From Octopus vulgaris (lineage: Eukaryota): a stretch of 64,000 nt of DNA. Numbering within the stretch: the first letter of the stretch is position 1; every line of letters begins with the position of its first letter. Made by a program: the position numbers and the translations under genes. The stretch spans positions 149,482,001 to 149,546,000 of the forward strand of contig OX597814.1 in NCBI GenBank assembly GCA_951406725.2. The letters are read 5' to 3'. A model generated the notes under the pieces. That model searched no databases, was not told where the DNA came from, and saw nothing but the letters and a program-made list of their open reading frames with translations. Shown piece after piece: positions 39,405 to 54,449 of this stretch.

Positions 39405-39671
39405 ATATACATATGTATGTATAGTGCAAGGTATCAATTCGTAAATGTACAATGGTATTGTGCAAAGTGTAGCATGCATATTGAAGCAGACATAAAATAA
39501 TTTATTATAACCTGAAATTATTATTACATGATAAATGCTGCAAAAATGCAGTTATTCTACAAACATCAAGTGGTTAAATAAATATATACACCTCTCATAC
39601 CGCCTGACTTTTGTATGATCTCTGTCTGTCTGTCTGTCTCTATATATACATATATACATATATATACATAT

Positions 39672-39721
<50 letters not shown>

Positions 39722-39920
39722 AATATTAGGGAATAAATCCAAACTTACAGGGAAAAATCAGATTTAGGTTGAATCCAATTTTATAGTAAAATATTATATT
39801 ATATTAAATTAGAGACAAGACCACTATTAGGCAAATCAAACAATGAAAAACTTAAACCAATACATATATTATTTAAATATATAACAAAATTATTAAAAAA
39901 ATAGAATTATATATACATAT

Positions 39921-39953
<33 letters not shown>

Positions 39954-39989
39954 GTGTAGATATCAGATATATAATATATATATATATAA

Positions 39990-40867
39990 ATGAACAAGGG
40001 TAAAAATTATTAGAAATAATTTATACCGGTGGTTAGCATGTGTAAGAAAAGATCAGAAGACAAATATTTTTATAACATATATGAATGTATAAAAAATTAT
40101 ATACGGAGAGAAAACAACTACTTGCTAAAAAGGCTAATCCGATCCCAAACCACGTATTCAAGTTTCATAATTATATATTTTCTAGCCACAAATAATTAAT
40201 TCATCAATTAATTAAATAATTAATTTATATATTTGATCATTTGATCATGGTTTGGGATGTGACCGCACTTTTTTTGCACGTAAGAATTTCACATTGTGGT
40301 CTTTTGTCCGTGTATTTACTTTTATGCTTTTATATATATTATAAAAATATTTATGTATTCTGACCTCTCTTACGCATGGTATAAAATATTACTGGTATAA
40401 ATTATTTTTAATATTTTTTATTCCTGTATTTATATATTTAAGTATTTCAATTCTTGGGCCAGATAATTCACTGTTGAATTTATTCTCTGCTGTAATATTC
40501 TGACTCGGCACGTTGATTGAGGACTTTCGATTTGAAATCTTGATGCATAAGGATGGAACTTAATACGCACGTGTTTACTTTGTATTTTCGGTACGTATTC
40601 GAGTTTCATAATTATATATTTTCCAGCCACTTTACTGACGTGCCACGGATGATTAATTCAATTAATTAACTAATTAATTGATTTATTTGATCATTAACAG
40701 TGAACCACCCAGGTATAGATTTAACTGAGAGTTTTATACTTTAAAGTGTCCTATTTGTTTACAATCAATGCGCCATAGATTAGAAAGATTTTTCGTGGTT
40801 TGGGATCTGACTGCTCTCTTTAGCTCGTATGAAGTCCACATAAGGGTCTTCTTTAAATTTTTATACA

Positions 40868-40870
<3 letters not shown>
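39990..40870. repeat. Unclassified AT-rich repeat in inverted and direct copies between (TA)n runs
   Basis: 39990-40160 is an imperfect inverse of 40248-40430; 40152-40260 recurs at 40593-40810. Confidence 0.65.
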
Positions 40871-40920
<50 letters not shown>

Positions 40921-41914
40921 GGAATCTGATATATATACCGATATGTATGGATGGATGGATGTGTTATGCGTGCGTATGTATATGTACAGATTTCCTTTCT
41001 ATGAGTCCCAGCTATGTTTTATCTGCTGAACCAGTAGATTAAGATCTTGTGCTTGACTTGATGGACCTTTTTCCTCCTTATCCCCAATGACCTCTCCCGT
41101 TCCCCTGGTTTCAATTTTGTGAAAAAGCTCCCTGTTGGTTAAGTGCTTTTTTTTCGCGTAAATCATGATTATTTCCAATGTCATCTTTCATATACACATT
41201 TTTATCTCACATTCAACAAATATCTTTCGTTTTCTCCAGCAATAACTTAAATTACTCGCGCAAAGGCTCTTGTTCCTTATTCTGTAAACGTCATGTCGGA
41301 TTTATAGGTATATACAATCGTTTCTTTATAGAAATCCTTAATTGAAAGGGATGCACAAGTAATATAACTTTGGAAGTAAGACAATTTCTCACTCAATACT
41401 TTTCTCCACCCGGGCAAAGATATATTGAAAATCATCGACCTTCAAGGAGTGATAATGTCACACGGACAAAATACAGACAAGCAGTTGGTTATAGCTTTTA
41501 AGTAGCATTAGCTTATCTGCACGATATAAAAGCATGGCTTTTGATTGAAAGTTGACCTAAATGCTTTCTTTGTAGAAATTTGAAGAAATCTTTATCATTA
41601 TAATATTGAACGCATAAATCAGTATCATAGTTGAGTCCATTTTCGTCCTTCAAAAAAAAAAAGTTATTTCAAGGTAAATTAAACCCAACCCATCAACAGC
41701 GAATATTTTATTAGTCGTCATAATCCTCAACGTAGCAATAGTTTTTCTAATAAGTATTTGTTTGTCCTTTAGGAATATCATTTGAATCTGAATGCCAACA
41801 GAAATATCAGTGATTAATTTTCTTTTTAACATACGGATACAATCTCATTTCTAAGCCTTCTGAAATTACACAGAAGAGGCTTAAAGTGTTTCATTCTAAT
41901 ATTCACGACACTCA

Positions 41915-42115
41915 AGGCGGTGAGCTGGCTCGCTGACCGAAATGCTTAGCGGTATTTCGTTTGTCTTTACGTTCTGAGTTCAAATTTCGCCGAGGCCGAC
42001 TTTGCCTTTCATCCTTTCGGGGTCGATAAATTAAGTACCAGTTGCGTACTGAGTCGATCTAATCAACTAGCCTTCTCCCCAATACTTCGGGCCTTGTGCC
42101 TATAGTAGAAAAGAA
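41915..42115 (+). mobile_element. SINE family B
   Basis: ggcggtgagctggc...gcctttcatcctttcggggtcgataaattaagtaccag; near-TSD aatatt(c/t)acg(a/c)c. Confidence 0.9.
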
Positions 42116-43218
42116 TATTTACGCCGCTCATTAGAATTTGTTTTTAGTGATAACTTTCCATTCGGAGAAAAACAATTTCCCAACGTTTCAATTATGATGT
42201 TATGTATAATTTTTTGTTTTTTGTTGTTGCATCTAGACACCGATCAGTATTAATAGATAAAACGGATTGTCAAATAAAACACTAGTCTTAATCTTCTCAT
42301 CATTTATTCAGACATTATATTTGATATGATATAGTTTTCATCATCAGGAAATTTGTCTTGTGCTTTTATTAAACAGAAATGTAAAATTTGTGCTGAGATT
42401 CGACTGGCATTTCAAGCAGGTCGAATGCCTACTTCCATGATGTTAGCTTACAAACAATTAAACATATACATACACAAACGCATACTCACATATATACGCA
42501 TGTGCTTGAACATTTAAAACGCATACACCGATACGAAAGATAATAACTGTATTCTTGCACAACTGCCCAAGGATAATAACATGTGAAGCGATCACATTCG
42601 ATTGCTGGCATATTAGTTTCACTATTCTATTATCTATGTTATTTTAACCAATCAAATATTTTTACCAATAAAAGAGAAAACCGTGAACCGTTTTTCAGGT
42701 TCTGTTTGTTAACATTAAAGAATATATGCCGTTGAATATACATTTGCATTGATGTAGCTATTTATGTTTGCATGCATGTATACATGAATATATGGCTTTG
42801 TGTGCCTGTGCCTGTGTGTATGTGTGTGGTCTGCATCTGTGCGGCTGTGTGAGTGATTGTATGCACAGGTATGCAGGTAAAATATTTGCAAGTATTTGTA
42901 TATTCTCTTGAAATTGATGTTTGCATAGCTGCATGTGTACATAAATGTTCTATGCAAATATGTACGTATGTATGAATGTATGTATATGTATGTGTGTATG
43001 TATATGTATGTATACATGTGTATGTTTATCTGTGAATTTGTATGTAGGTGTGTGTGTGTGTGTCTTTATGTCTGTGTCTAAGTAGGTACATAAATTGTAA
43101 CAAACGTATTTTCTCATTTTCAAAAGATTTAGAATTCATTTTGAGAATACTCGCCAGTAACATTACAGAGAAAGGAGGGACTGACAGACACACTCACATA
43201 TACATATCACACACATAC

Positions 43219-43295
<77 letters not shown>

Positions 43296-44199
43296 TATAT
43301 ATATAAGAAACAGAAAATGTTTCTAAATATATGTGTTTTATATATATATATACATATACACGTGTATATGTCATTAGAATCTTTATCATAACAATACTGA
43401 GAATATCTTTTAAAATTATTTTTCTATAATCCGTTTTCAGCGGATTCATTGCTGTACAGCATGTACCAAGTTCATAACAGAAGTGACATGCGATAATGGT
43501 AACTGTCTGCATTCTAATGATTTTGTCTCGTAAAGTAATTGAGGGCAGATATATAAGAAACCTGTTACTTTATTGGTTCTACATAAGAACGTTGCTACTT
43601 ATATTTTCATATGTCTTTGTTCCGTTTTAATGCAAATTTTATACATCATACTTTGCACTATCATGCACACTCTGATATCTATAAATTCCCACAACTACAA
43701 TTCAATCACAACACGCGCATAAAAATTCATACACATACATATATATACACACACACGTACAAATACAAATAAACAAACACTTGCGTGTATGGCGTGCATG
43801 TGTCTATCTTAATGTAACTTTGCGTGTGCGAGTGCATATGAGTGTATATGTGTGTGTATGTATGTGTGTTTCTGTGTGTGCGTATGTTCTGTGTGTAAAG
43901 GTCTTGTACATATAATTCTAATCAGTCTGGGTACATGTTTACATTTCATACATTTGTCTGAGTGAGTGTATTTGTCTTTGCTGCTGGAATTTTAGAAACA
44001 TTCAACAAAGCAATCACCACGACCACCACCACGACGACGACGACCACCACCACCACCACCACCACCACCGCTACCATCACTCCCACTATAAAAACAACAA
44101 TTTTTAAAATATTAATATTAAGAATATTAATAACACATTCATCTATACATACTTATACACACACACACAAAATATATATATGTATGTATATATATATAC

Positions 44200-44244
<45 letters not shown>

Positions 44245-44261
44245 TATATATAAATATAGAT

Positions 44262-44297
<36 letters not shown>

Positions 44298-44414
44298 GCA
44301 CATATTTTTGCGTATTATTATGTATGTATTGCATTTATGTTCGCTGTTTGTTTGTGTGACGTGTGTGTATGTGTGTACGTGTTTCTATGTGCGAGTTTCT
44401 GTTGCGTCTGTTAC

Positions 44415-44445
<31 letters not shown>

Positions 44446-45087
44446 TATATATATATATATAAACATACTTGCATAAAGAAAATCACAAATGCATCTTTAC
44501 GTATATGAATGCGTATGCTATTATGCCTATACGCCGATACAAACAAATAATTTGGCACTTTAAATTCTAAGAGTAAAAACAAAACAAAAAAAAATAACAC
44601 TTCAATAGCTTTCCGAACAAATAACTATTGCAGTAAGCATCATTAGAATTTTCGTTTGTACTCCAAACAAACATTCTATGTTTAGACAGCAAATAATACC
44701 GCCATGGAAATCAGCCAAATCAGTACAAACACCATTTTGTTCATTTAAATACTATTTCAATGAAAAATATATTTGGATAATGCTTCATCGAACATTCAGC
44801 TCGGTAATGAGTCCCAAATTATGGTTTCAAGACTGCTATGCTTCAATTGCTTACAATATTTATTTTAGATTCAATGATTAAAGAAATTAAATACTTATTA
44901 AATACTCTCAAATAATAGGAATAATCATGTAACACTGATGATATTCACGATCTATTTCTGTAAAAATTATTGCACCGAGACCGAGAGAGCGTTTCTTTAT
45001 TGATGGCTTCACGTCCATAAAATATTCTCTGATATATTATATATAAGTGTGTGTGTGTGTGTATAAGTATATGTATATATGTATATG

Positions 45088-45128
<41 letters not shown>

Positions 45129-45209
45129 TATACATATATATATATAAATAGATATATGTATATACAAACATATATATGTATATATGTATACATAAATATA
45201 CACATATAT

Positions 45210-45260
<51 letters not shown>

Positions 45261-45261
45261 C

Positions 45262-45350
<89 letters not shown>

Positions 45351-45656
45351 ATTATACATTAATCGCTTGAAGAAATTCCGGAAATATAAAACCTGTAACG
45401 ACTAGACTCATAATTTTTAACACTTCAAAAATTACGCTGAGAATAAAGACGATTTCAAAGAAAATTTGAATGTTATTTAAGGATCATTTAAAACAATTAC
45501 ATTTATATCGTTTGTGCTGGATTATTGACAATTGAATTAAATCACACACAAACTCATTCTCACGCCCATACACACAAACACACAGAAACCCATACATATG
45601 CAATCTTTTTAACATCAAACATATTTATGTAAATGGTGTAAAAAAATTGTAATTTT

Positions 45657-45972
45657 AGTGGCTGTGTGGTAAGAAGCTTGCCATACGCATGGTCACGGGT
45701 TCAGTCCACTGTGTGGCAAGTATATACATGATTGTGTGTGTGTGTATGTGTGTGTGTGTCTGTGTGTGTTTGTATGTGTGATCAAAACTTTGTGTCAGTG
45801 TTTGCTCCCCTTAACAACTTGACAAGCGGCGTTAGTGTATTTACGAGACTTATAGAATCAGTACTAAGCTTTAAATATAAATCCTGGAGTCGATTTGTTC
45901 GACTAAAACACTTCAAGAAGGTGCTCCAGCATGGACGCAGTCAAATGACTGAAATAAATAAAGAAATAAGAG
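45657..45972 (+). mobile_element. SINE family A, deleted
   Basis: Head gtggctgtgtggtaagaagcttgc; tail gtgctccagcatgg..gactgaaa. Confidence 0.8.
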
Positions 45973-45980
45973 AAGATATA

Positions 45981-46150
45981 TGGCGGCGCATGACTTAGTG
46001 GTTAGGGTGTTGCAATCTCGATTGCGAGATCGTGGATTCGATTCCCAGATCGGGCGTTGCGTTGTGTTCTTGAGCAAAGCACTTCATTGCACGTTCCTCT
46101 GTGAAAATTTCGTCATCTGACTGTACTGGTATTGTCGATTTGATAGGGAG
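45981..46150 (+). mobile_element. SINE family C
   Basis: tRNA-like head ggcgcatgacttagtggttaggg..ggattcgattccc. Confidence 0.8.
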
Positions 46151-46194
46151 TGAGCTTAAAACTAAATAATTACAAACATACATACATCACTGAA

Positions 46195-46435
46195 TATGAA
46201 ATCTTTAAAACTTTCCAAAATTATATCATTTAAGTATATATGATCATGTGTAGATGTGCAACTATATGCAAGAGAGTTCCTATATAAAACAAAGCGTACA
46301 AATCTGTACGCATACATACATGCAAAAATACCCTGTTGATGTTAAATTCCAATGAAGGAGTCTTGGAGCTAGTTTAGATTAGACCGGCTCTTTCTCTACT
46401 GACAAGAAATCTTGAAATAAAACTGAATAATGACA
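46195..46435 (+). mobile_element. Older 3' end of the R4/Dong-like element
   Basis: Aligns with 47760-47871, followed by the tail also seen at 49790-49905. Confidence 0.7.
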
Positions 46436-46519
46436 TGCATACATGCATAGGTACATACATACATAATACATATACATACATGCATACATATACTTAAAAA
46501 CAAAAACACCTACAGACTA

Positions 46520-46920
46520 ATTTGATCATATTAAGACTAAAGGGTTAAAGAAATATTTCTGAAACTTACAAATTAAAACACAACCGGCTAGATATTGTCG
46601 TGTGAGACCACAAGGAAAACATACGTTCTGTTCTGGTAATCAGATGCCATCTGGACACCAGTGTTATTAGAATAATACAATAGAAATACCACATCTGTGG
46701 TCCATTGTTAAGGAGTTTGCAAACCCAGTACTCAGGATACACTTGAAGTTTCACAGCTATTATTATTGGAGCAACACGATACATACCAACCCGTCTAGAG
46801 GAAAGCATGGCTGATCTTAGAATATTGAGGAGAGAATGCAATTCTTTCACTCATACGCAACAAATGATCGTGATATCTAGGACTATAAAATCTGCAAGAC
46901 CGTCTTATGATGCTTAAAGC
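46520..46920 (+). pseudogene. Decayed RLE endonuclease fragment (R4/Dong-like)
   Basis: KLKHNRLDIVV*DHKEN..VLVIRCHLD and AIIIGAT are homologous to the 47428 ORF. Confidence 0.65.
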
Positions 46921-47144
46921 AAGATGCTTTTCTTCACAACCTTTCTACCAAGTACGTGGCCGGTCAAAATGAGAAATATAAGTCCATGTATAATACATAC
47001 ATACAAGCATTCATACATACGCACACATACATACATGCGTAAGTACGTACGAACATACGTACATACATACATACATACATACATACATACATACATACAT
47101 ACATACATACATACATACATACATACATACATACATACATACAT

Positions 47145-47871
47145 GTGCCTGATGCACAAAAGGGATAGATATGCAAGAAAAGCAGGAAAATGTGGCAACT
47201 GATGCAGACTTTGTGGAGTTAACGCCGAAAATATCACCCACATCATCAGCAGTTGTCCGATAATGTCATCGCAGTATTATTTACCGATGAGACATAATGT
47301 CGTAGATAGGATACTCTGAAATGAAATTCGTTGGAAGGATAATCCCAAGGACAGAGAAATAAGAACCCAGAGTACGGTAGAAGTCATAAGCACTGATAAT
47401 AAAAAGGAGTAATGGAGGAATGTACCAGTGAAGACCTCAATAAAATGTAAGCACAACAGACCTGATATAATGATTTGGGACATAGAAGAGAAACTGTGTA
47501 CAGTTGTGGAAATTAGCTGCCCAGCGGATGTTAACGTAAAGCTGAAGATCTATCAAAAAGAGAATACCTATGCTGAACTATTGAGAAATCTGCAGTTACT
47601 CTATCCAGATTACAAGTTCAGGTTTATGCCTGTAATTATTGGGTCCATGGGATATGTAACACACTGCTTAAATACCAATCTTGAGAAAATAGGCTTCTCA
47701 AAACTAGAAAGGAGAAAGCTAATTCGAAAAATACAGATCCAATCCATCACTGGATTTGTAAAATTTGTAAAACTTTCCAGAAGTTTAGCATTTAAATATA
47801 TATGAGCATGTCTAGATATATGACTACATGCATGAGAATATATACATACAGCAAAACGTACAAATCTGCAC
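47145..47871 (+). mobile_element. 5'-truncated R4/Dong-like non-LTR retrotransposon, copy 1, in (CATA)n
   Basis: CCHC knuckle CRLCGVNAENITHIISSC; RHN; HNRPDIMIWD..VVEISCP..K..Y (RLE); PVIIGSMG. Confidence 0.85.
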
Positions 47872-47975
47872 ATATACATACATACATACATACATACATA
47901 CATACATACATACATACATACATACATACATACATACATACATACATACATACATACATACATACATACATACAT

Positions 47976-48702
47976 GTGCCTGATGCACAAAAGGGATAGA
48001 TATGCAAGAAAAGCAGGAAAATGTGGCAACTGATGCAGACTTTGTGGAGTTAACGCCGAAAATATCACCCACATCATCAGCAGTTGTCCGATAATGTCAT
48101 CGCAGTATTATTTACCGATGAGACATAATGTCGTAGATAGGATACTCTGAAATGAAATTCGTTGGAAGGATAATCCCAAGGACAGAGAAATAAGAACCCA
48201 GAGTACGGTAGAAGTCATAAGCACTGATAATAAAAAGGAGTAATGGAGGAATGTACCAGTGAAGACCTCAATAAAATGTAAGCACAACAGACCTGATATA
48301 ATGATTTGGGACATAGAAGAGAAACTGTGTACAGTTGTGGAAATTAGCTGCCCAGCGGATGTTAACGTAAAGCTGAAGATCTATCAAAAAGAGAATACCT
48401 ATGCTGAACTATTGAGAAATCTGCAGTTACTCTATCCAGATTACAAGTTCAGGTTTATGCCTGTAATTATTGGGTCCATGGGATATGTAACACACTGCTT
48501 AAATACCAATCTTGAGAAAATAGGCTTCTCAAAACTAGAAAGGAGAAAGCTAATTCGAAAAATACAGATCCAATCCATCACTGGATTTGTAAAATTTGTA
48601 AAACTTTCCAGAAGTTTAGCATTTAAATATATATGAGCATGTCTAGATATATGACTACATGCATGAGAATATATACATACAGCAAAACGTACAAATCTGC
48701 AC
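47976..48702 (+). mobile_element. R4/Dong-like element, copy 2 (tandem, 831-bp period)
   Basis: ORF translations identical to copy 1; same 5' breakpoint. Confidence 0.85.
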
Positions 48703-48769
48703 ATATACATACATACATACATACATACATACATACATACATACATACATACATACATACATACATTCA

Positions 48770-49780
48770 TTAGGTCATCCCATAAGTTCTGTCCGATTTT
48801 ACCTTTTTTAAAACTGAATGAAATTTAATAGTGGTTTAGAATATCTAATAGAATTAAAAATTATTTTTATGCATTTGTGTACATTTAAACTAATTAAATA
48901 TCATTTTCAGGATAAGAGAATTAAAATTTCTTTGAGTAAAATCCTCACTAACATGGAAGTATAGAAAGTGCATTTGAGGCACATAATGATTTATGAGTAC
49001 AAAAAAGGAAACTCTGCTGCCGAAGCGACTCGAAACATAGACTAGTTTTTGGGAAAGTATCCTTCAATGAAAGAACTTGCAGAAGATGATTTGCAAAATT
49101 CATTTCATCTTGTTTTGGATAGACTTGTGACTGGTGACGAAAAATGGATCTTCTATCGAAATATGAAACGTAAACTGTGGCTTGGTAAAAGAGAAAAAAG
49201 CTCAACCACAACCGAGAAGGGAACTTCATGGGAAAAAGATTCTTCTCTCTATCTGGTGGGATTGCAAATGAGTAATTCACTTTGAATTGTTACCACCTAA
49301 TGCAACAATGAATCCTCAAGTCTACTGTCGGCAATTAGAGCGTTTGAACCAAGCTTTGAAGAAAAAATTACCCGCTTTAGTGAATCGAAAAGGAGTGATG
49401 TTTCATTAGGACAATGCGCGACCCCACACTACAAAGATCATATCACAGAAGATCGAAGAGCTTGGTTGGGAAAAATTCCTCATCCACCTTATTCTACCAA
49501 CCTTGCTTCTTCAGACTACTATTTGTTTCGTAGTTTACAGAATCATTTGGGGGACATAACTTTCGCAAGCCAGGAGGAGGTCGAAACTGACATTTCAGAG
49601 TTCTTCGCTATGAAACCAAAAGGGTTTTACATTGACAGGATTTAAAAGCTTGTAAATAGATGGAAGTGAGTTATAGATAATAAGGGAAAGTACGTTGACG
49701 ATTAAATTTCAATTAAATATAACATTTGATCACTTGTTTTGTTTATTCAAAATTCGGATAGAACTTATTGGATGACCTAG
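48770..49780 (+). mobile_element. Internally deleted mariner (DD34D)
   Basis: TIRs ttaggtcatcccataagttctgtccga / tcggatagaacttattggatgacctag; LVTGDEKW, DNARPH, HPPYSTNLASSDYYLF. Confidence 0.92.
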
Positions 49781-50803
49781 TACATACAAACAAAAATACC
49801 CTGTTGTTAATGTTGAAATTCCGATCAAGGAACCTTGGATCTAGGTTAGAAACCGACTCTTTCTCTATTAGTAAGAAATATTGAAATAAAACTGAACAAT
49901 GATATACATATGCATCTGCGTATACACACGCATATGCATAGCGGCACATATTTATGTATACAAAGCATAATTATATTTGTATTTAGGTGTGAGTTTATTT
50001 GATGTAAAAATCAAACTTTTGTCATATGTTTATGTGCGTTCGTATCTGCAGATAAACAGATATTTTGTTGTTTTTCTCGTTTATTTTTGTTTTTTTAAGA
50101 CTACATTTTAATGCACTGAAAAATACTCCTCAGTGACTTTAGGTTCAAGAAATACTTTTTGTTACAGGCTTTCGGGCTAGAACTTTGATCTCAGAAGAAA
50201 TATTTTCTTTCTACCAGTCTCGACAGTTTTGTTCTCTGAAATCGGCGCTCGTCGCCCTTTTTCTTTTGACGGAACCGTACAAAATTATGAACATTTTTAC
50301 GTTTTCTTTTTCCTATACTGAAGTCTATATAGATGTCTATATAAAAAGTTAATGCGTTAATGCAAACATAACTTTGAATATATCAGCTGCTATTATTCCA
50401 GTACTTTTCGAACTTATTATTAATAGTATTTGAATGATTAACAGACGCATTACTATCAGACGCATTACGAGGATTTAATATCGTGTATATTAATGTTTAA
50501 AATGATTTTTATATTAATGAGTACTTACGTAACATAAACATAGAATTGTGAACCAAACGGTATCTTAGAGCTGAAAATAGAAAAGTTTGAATCAACTTCG
50601 CTATCATTATGTCGCTAAAGCTATTATCAATCTCAGTCTATTTTTCCAATGAATATTATATTTAGGTATAATTTGTATGTTTCACATTCGTTGCGTGCTT
50701 TTTTCATTTACGTTTTAGACATAAAAATATAGATGAACCCTTACACAAACAGTCACACGCACTTGCACACGCATAAGACATACACACACACACACACACA
50801 CAC

Positions 50804-50847
<44 letters not shown>

Positions 50848-50960
50848 TATTTATCAATCTATATATATGTGCACACACGTACACGCATATATCTATCTAT
50901 CTATATATATATTTTTTTCTTGTTTCAGCTCAGAGCTGCGGCCATGCTGATGCACCACCG

Positions 50961-51017
<57 letters not shown>

Positions 51018-54000
51018 ACGTATGTGTGTGTCAATACAAATAGAGAGAATTATTTAGAGAATCAAATAGAACTAATAGTAAGCAATTCGCAGGGAATCAG
51101 ACAGCACGATACTTAATCTTTGGAGGCAACTTTAACAAACACGCTCGTGAAAAATCCGGGAATTACTATTCCAGGAGAAAGGACAGGTAAAATATATCTA
51201 TTCCGTATGCTTTCAGCTGTTTCATACAATATATTCAGTTATATCACTGGTGTCGATTTTAAGTAGAAAAACCAATGATATAAGGTTCCCAAACTCCTTA
51301 AATTTGTATATTCATACATGTATATGCATACACACAGATACACACACACATACAAACACATGAATAGAAACAAAGCGATTCACTGAATAGAACAATTCGT
51401 TAGAAAAATGTTATGGGCATACATACATTACGTGTGTGTGTGTTTATGTACTTGAGTGTGTGTGTGTGTGAGAGAGAAAGAGAAAGTGAGAATGTGTGTA
51501 TGTGCGCGCGCGTGTTTCAAATTACGCGTTTTTTCTCGTCAAAGCAGTTCACCTTCTTCATAGTAACTGTTTTAACAGACCTTAGATTCATCAAGCTTTT
51601 GCCTATGAGTTTTCGTAGTGTTTTCTATCCAGATCACATAATCATTTCTTTCGAGGAATATGTAAGCTGTGTGCCATTGGTTTGAATGATGTACTTTGGT
51701 GGTGCTTAATAAAACATGATTTACCATCACTACAGCAACCGCCTCCTTGTGCACCCTATGATATCACCAACAGTTGCGGTTGGCGGTTGACGACCTGTTG
51801 TCGCCTTTGCAGAGTTGTTGAAGGGATTATTTTTTAGCCCACAAAAGACAAGGAATGTGCTCCACTCTTGACTCGTGCGAGAACGTACGTCGTACATGGT
51901 AAAGGTATCAGAGACTCACAGATCAGAAATCTTATGCGAAGCATACCAAGTCGTCAGAGAACCGATCGATTTCCGCTACTGATATATTGATTCATAAATT
52001 AAGCTCGTGCTTTCTCTACACAATCACGCGGGAAAAAAAGAAACACATAAGTCTTTCGAACGCAGTCCACTTTGCAAACATCTCACGAGGTTAATTCTGA
52101 AACATTCTTGTAGGGATAAATTACTTGTGTGCATGTATGAACGAGACAAATCAGAATAGAGAATTAAGAATATATAAACATGTAGCGTACGAAATATTTG
52201 TCCACCATTTCAGGATGTTATGGAAGTTAGCGAAAGGTCCAGTACTCTTGGATAACTAAGCAGGAAATTTTTTGGTGATATCTAGTTTGTAAAGTGTTTG
52301 AAAAATTATTTCTCCTATGCACAAATCTATACGAAATCCATCAACACTAGATTATTTATGAAACGTAAATAGTGGGAATATATAACTGGTTTTTAGACCA
52401 GCAAGAGACAACAGCCAACATTTCCTTTAATTCACACTCTTTCGTCTTGGCAAAGATAGAACATATTGAATAATGTATGGGTTCTAGACATACTTCTGAA
52501 AAATGTGGGATGTTTATGGTAGGCATGCCATTAATCAATTTAGTTAGAGTTGACGTAGTGGCAAACAATAACAAATTCGATGTCTTGTGCTTTACTTGGT
52601 CATATATTGATAACTAAATAATCAATAAATTAAACCAGTTAAACAATAAAGCAGAAATTAATCTTTATTTAGTCTGTTAAAACAACTATATTTTTTCATC
52701 GTTTTGTTTTTTTTTTGACAAATTAAATTTATTATACTAGAAATAAATTGTAGTTGCCTTTTATGCTGTTAAGGTCAGTCTAACCTCCACAGTCTTCTCA
52801 TATGCCATACTACATCGTACATGTGTAGGTGTAAGCATTGTTGATCTTATTGCACATGTAGTTTTCTAGAAATATGAGAAAGTAAAGAAATATTAAATAA
52901 AAATCTATACATTGTAACATTTATGAAGGTATTTGCCTGCGGTATATTATTAAAATTCAAGCCATGTTTTATTCTTTTTATGAGCGAGAGGGTGGGGAAT
53001 ATTTAAAACACAAAATCAAATAAGCAGCAATAAATGCAATGTAAAGCATTAGTTTTGTGTTTGAACATACAACAAGTTTTTGGTTCAGAGAGCTACAAAA
53101 ATAATTGCCTCTTTGATGGATTCAAACGTCATGGAATCAAGGAAAACCACGTGCTCGCGACTCGGATAATGGAAGTTTTGTTTAATCCACCATGCATCAC
53201 TTGTAGAATTTTGATTAAATTTTCCACGCAAAAGGATAACAATTTTTTAAAGACATAAACAAGTTATGTGAAAGCTAAGTATTTGGTTCACTGCACTAGC
53301 TACCTGCTGGAACAACCTTGGACCACAAAAACGCCTTGAGGCAGCTACACGATGTGCTAGTAATAGCAGCCAATTTTATTTCAAACCTCACTCTTGAAAG
53401 GGGATGAATATATGGAGTAACGTGGTCGGGGATGCACACTGCTTGAAAGAAAGACTGGATGATTATGGCTTGAACATATTTGATCATGTGACTACATGAT
53501 TTCCGTTTACCTAGGATGGCAGTTTTAAATTTGCGGGTTCGAATTTCCTCTCTTTATAATTCGGAGTATGAGTATATGGAGATAGAAATTAAGATATTTG
53601 TAAGAATTTGGTTGTAAATACTGATAGAAAAATAGATATAACGCCATGCTGTATCTCATATTAAATCGACATCCTGTGCATGTTAATAATACGATAATGA
53701 TTAAATGTATTGATATTACTAATCATCGTAAATGAAAGGTCATAAATATATTTACAAAAGCATTCTATCTTATTAGAATGTAATTCCACTGTATTTTAAC
53801 TTTTGATATTAAATGAGAAAAATACATGGAATAGAAATTGGATATTCCTATATGGCATTAGTGTTTCTTTTTCTTATAACGGAGAAAAAACACAGTGCCT
53901 TTTCTTTCATCTTTTTTTTCTTATAATGGACTGAAATGTATGTTGTGTATAAGCCTTCTGCATTTAAAGTAATTAGAATAATTAGTAGAGTAAAAGCTCA

Positions 54001-54449
54001 TATTAAAATTCATTAAGAATCTAAAGGGAAATAAATTTTAGAAACAAAGATTCGTTAAACGCCAAGTTGTCTTCAGTTACACGACCTTTTTGAGTAGCCA
54101 ATCACATTTAATTTACAACAGAAAGAACAAAAGTATCGACCATACCATTAAGTTCAAAACAAAAGCCGAGACTCACGAGCAAGAAATTAGTGTATTAATA
54201 TATTTGATGAAGATTTCTGGCCAAAGATCTACCAATCAACCTTATAATTAATTATTTCTAATAATGATCTTCTTTGTGTTAATACAGCACAGAGTCAATA
54301 TAAAATGTCAAGCAACAATGTAGTGCGAAAACGTTCTGACACGCACTTTGAGATTCGATAGCTTTATACTTTTCCGGAGTGGCAATTTTGTTGAGTAGAT
54401 AAGGTGATGTGGATTATGTTGTTGATTAGCCCCGTGTCATTTATGATTA

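Noticed and set aside
49814-49865. Hammerhead-like motif in the Dong-like tail (CCGAUCA..GAAACCG; homologue near 46345)
   Set aside because: Core differs in both copies and stems I and III do not pair in register; worth rechecking only on a family consensus.
53030-53510. Higher-complexity segment with short ORFs, possible exon
   Set aside because: Stops in the frames examined; no recognisable domain or convincing splice pair.
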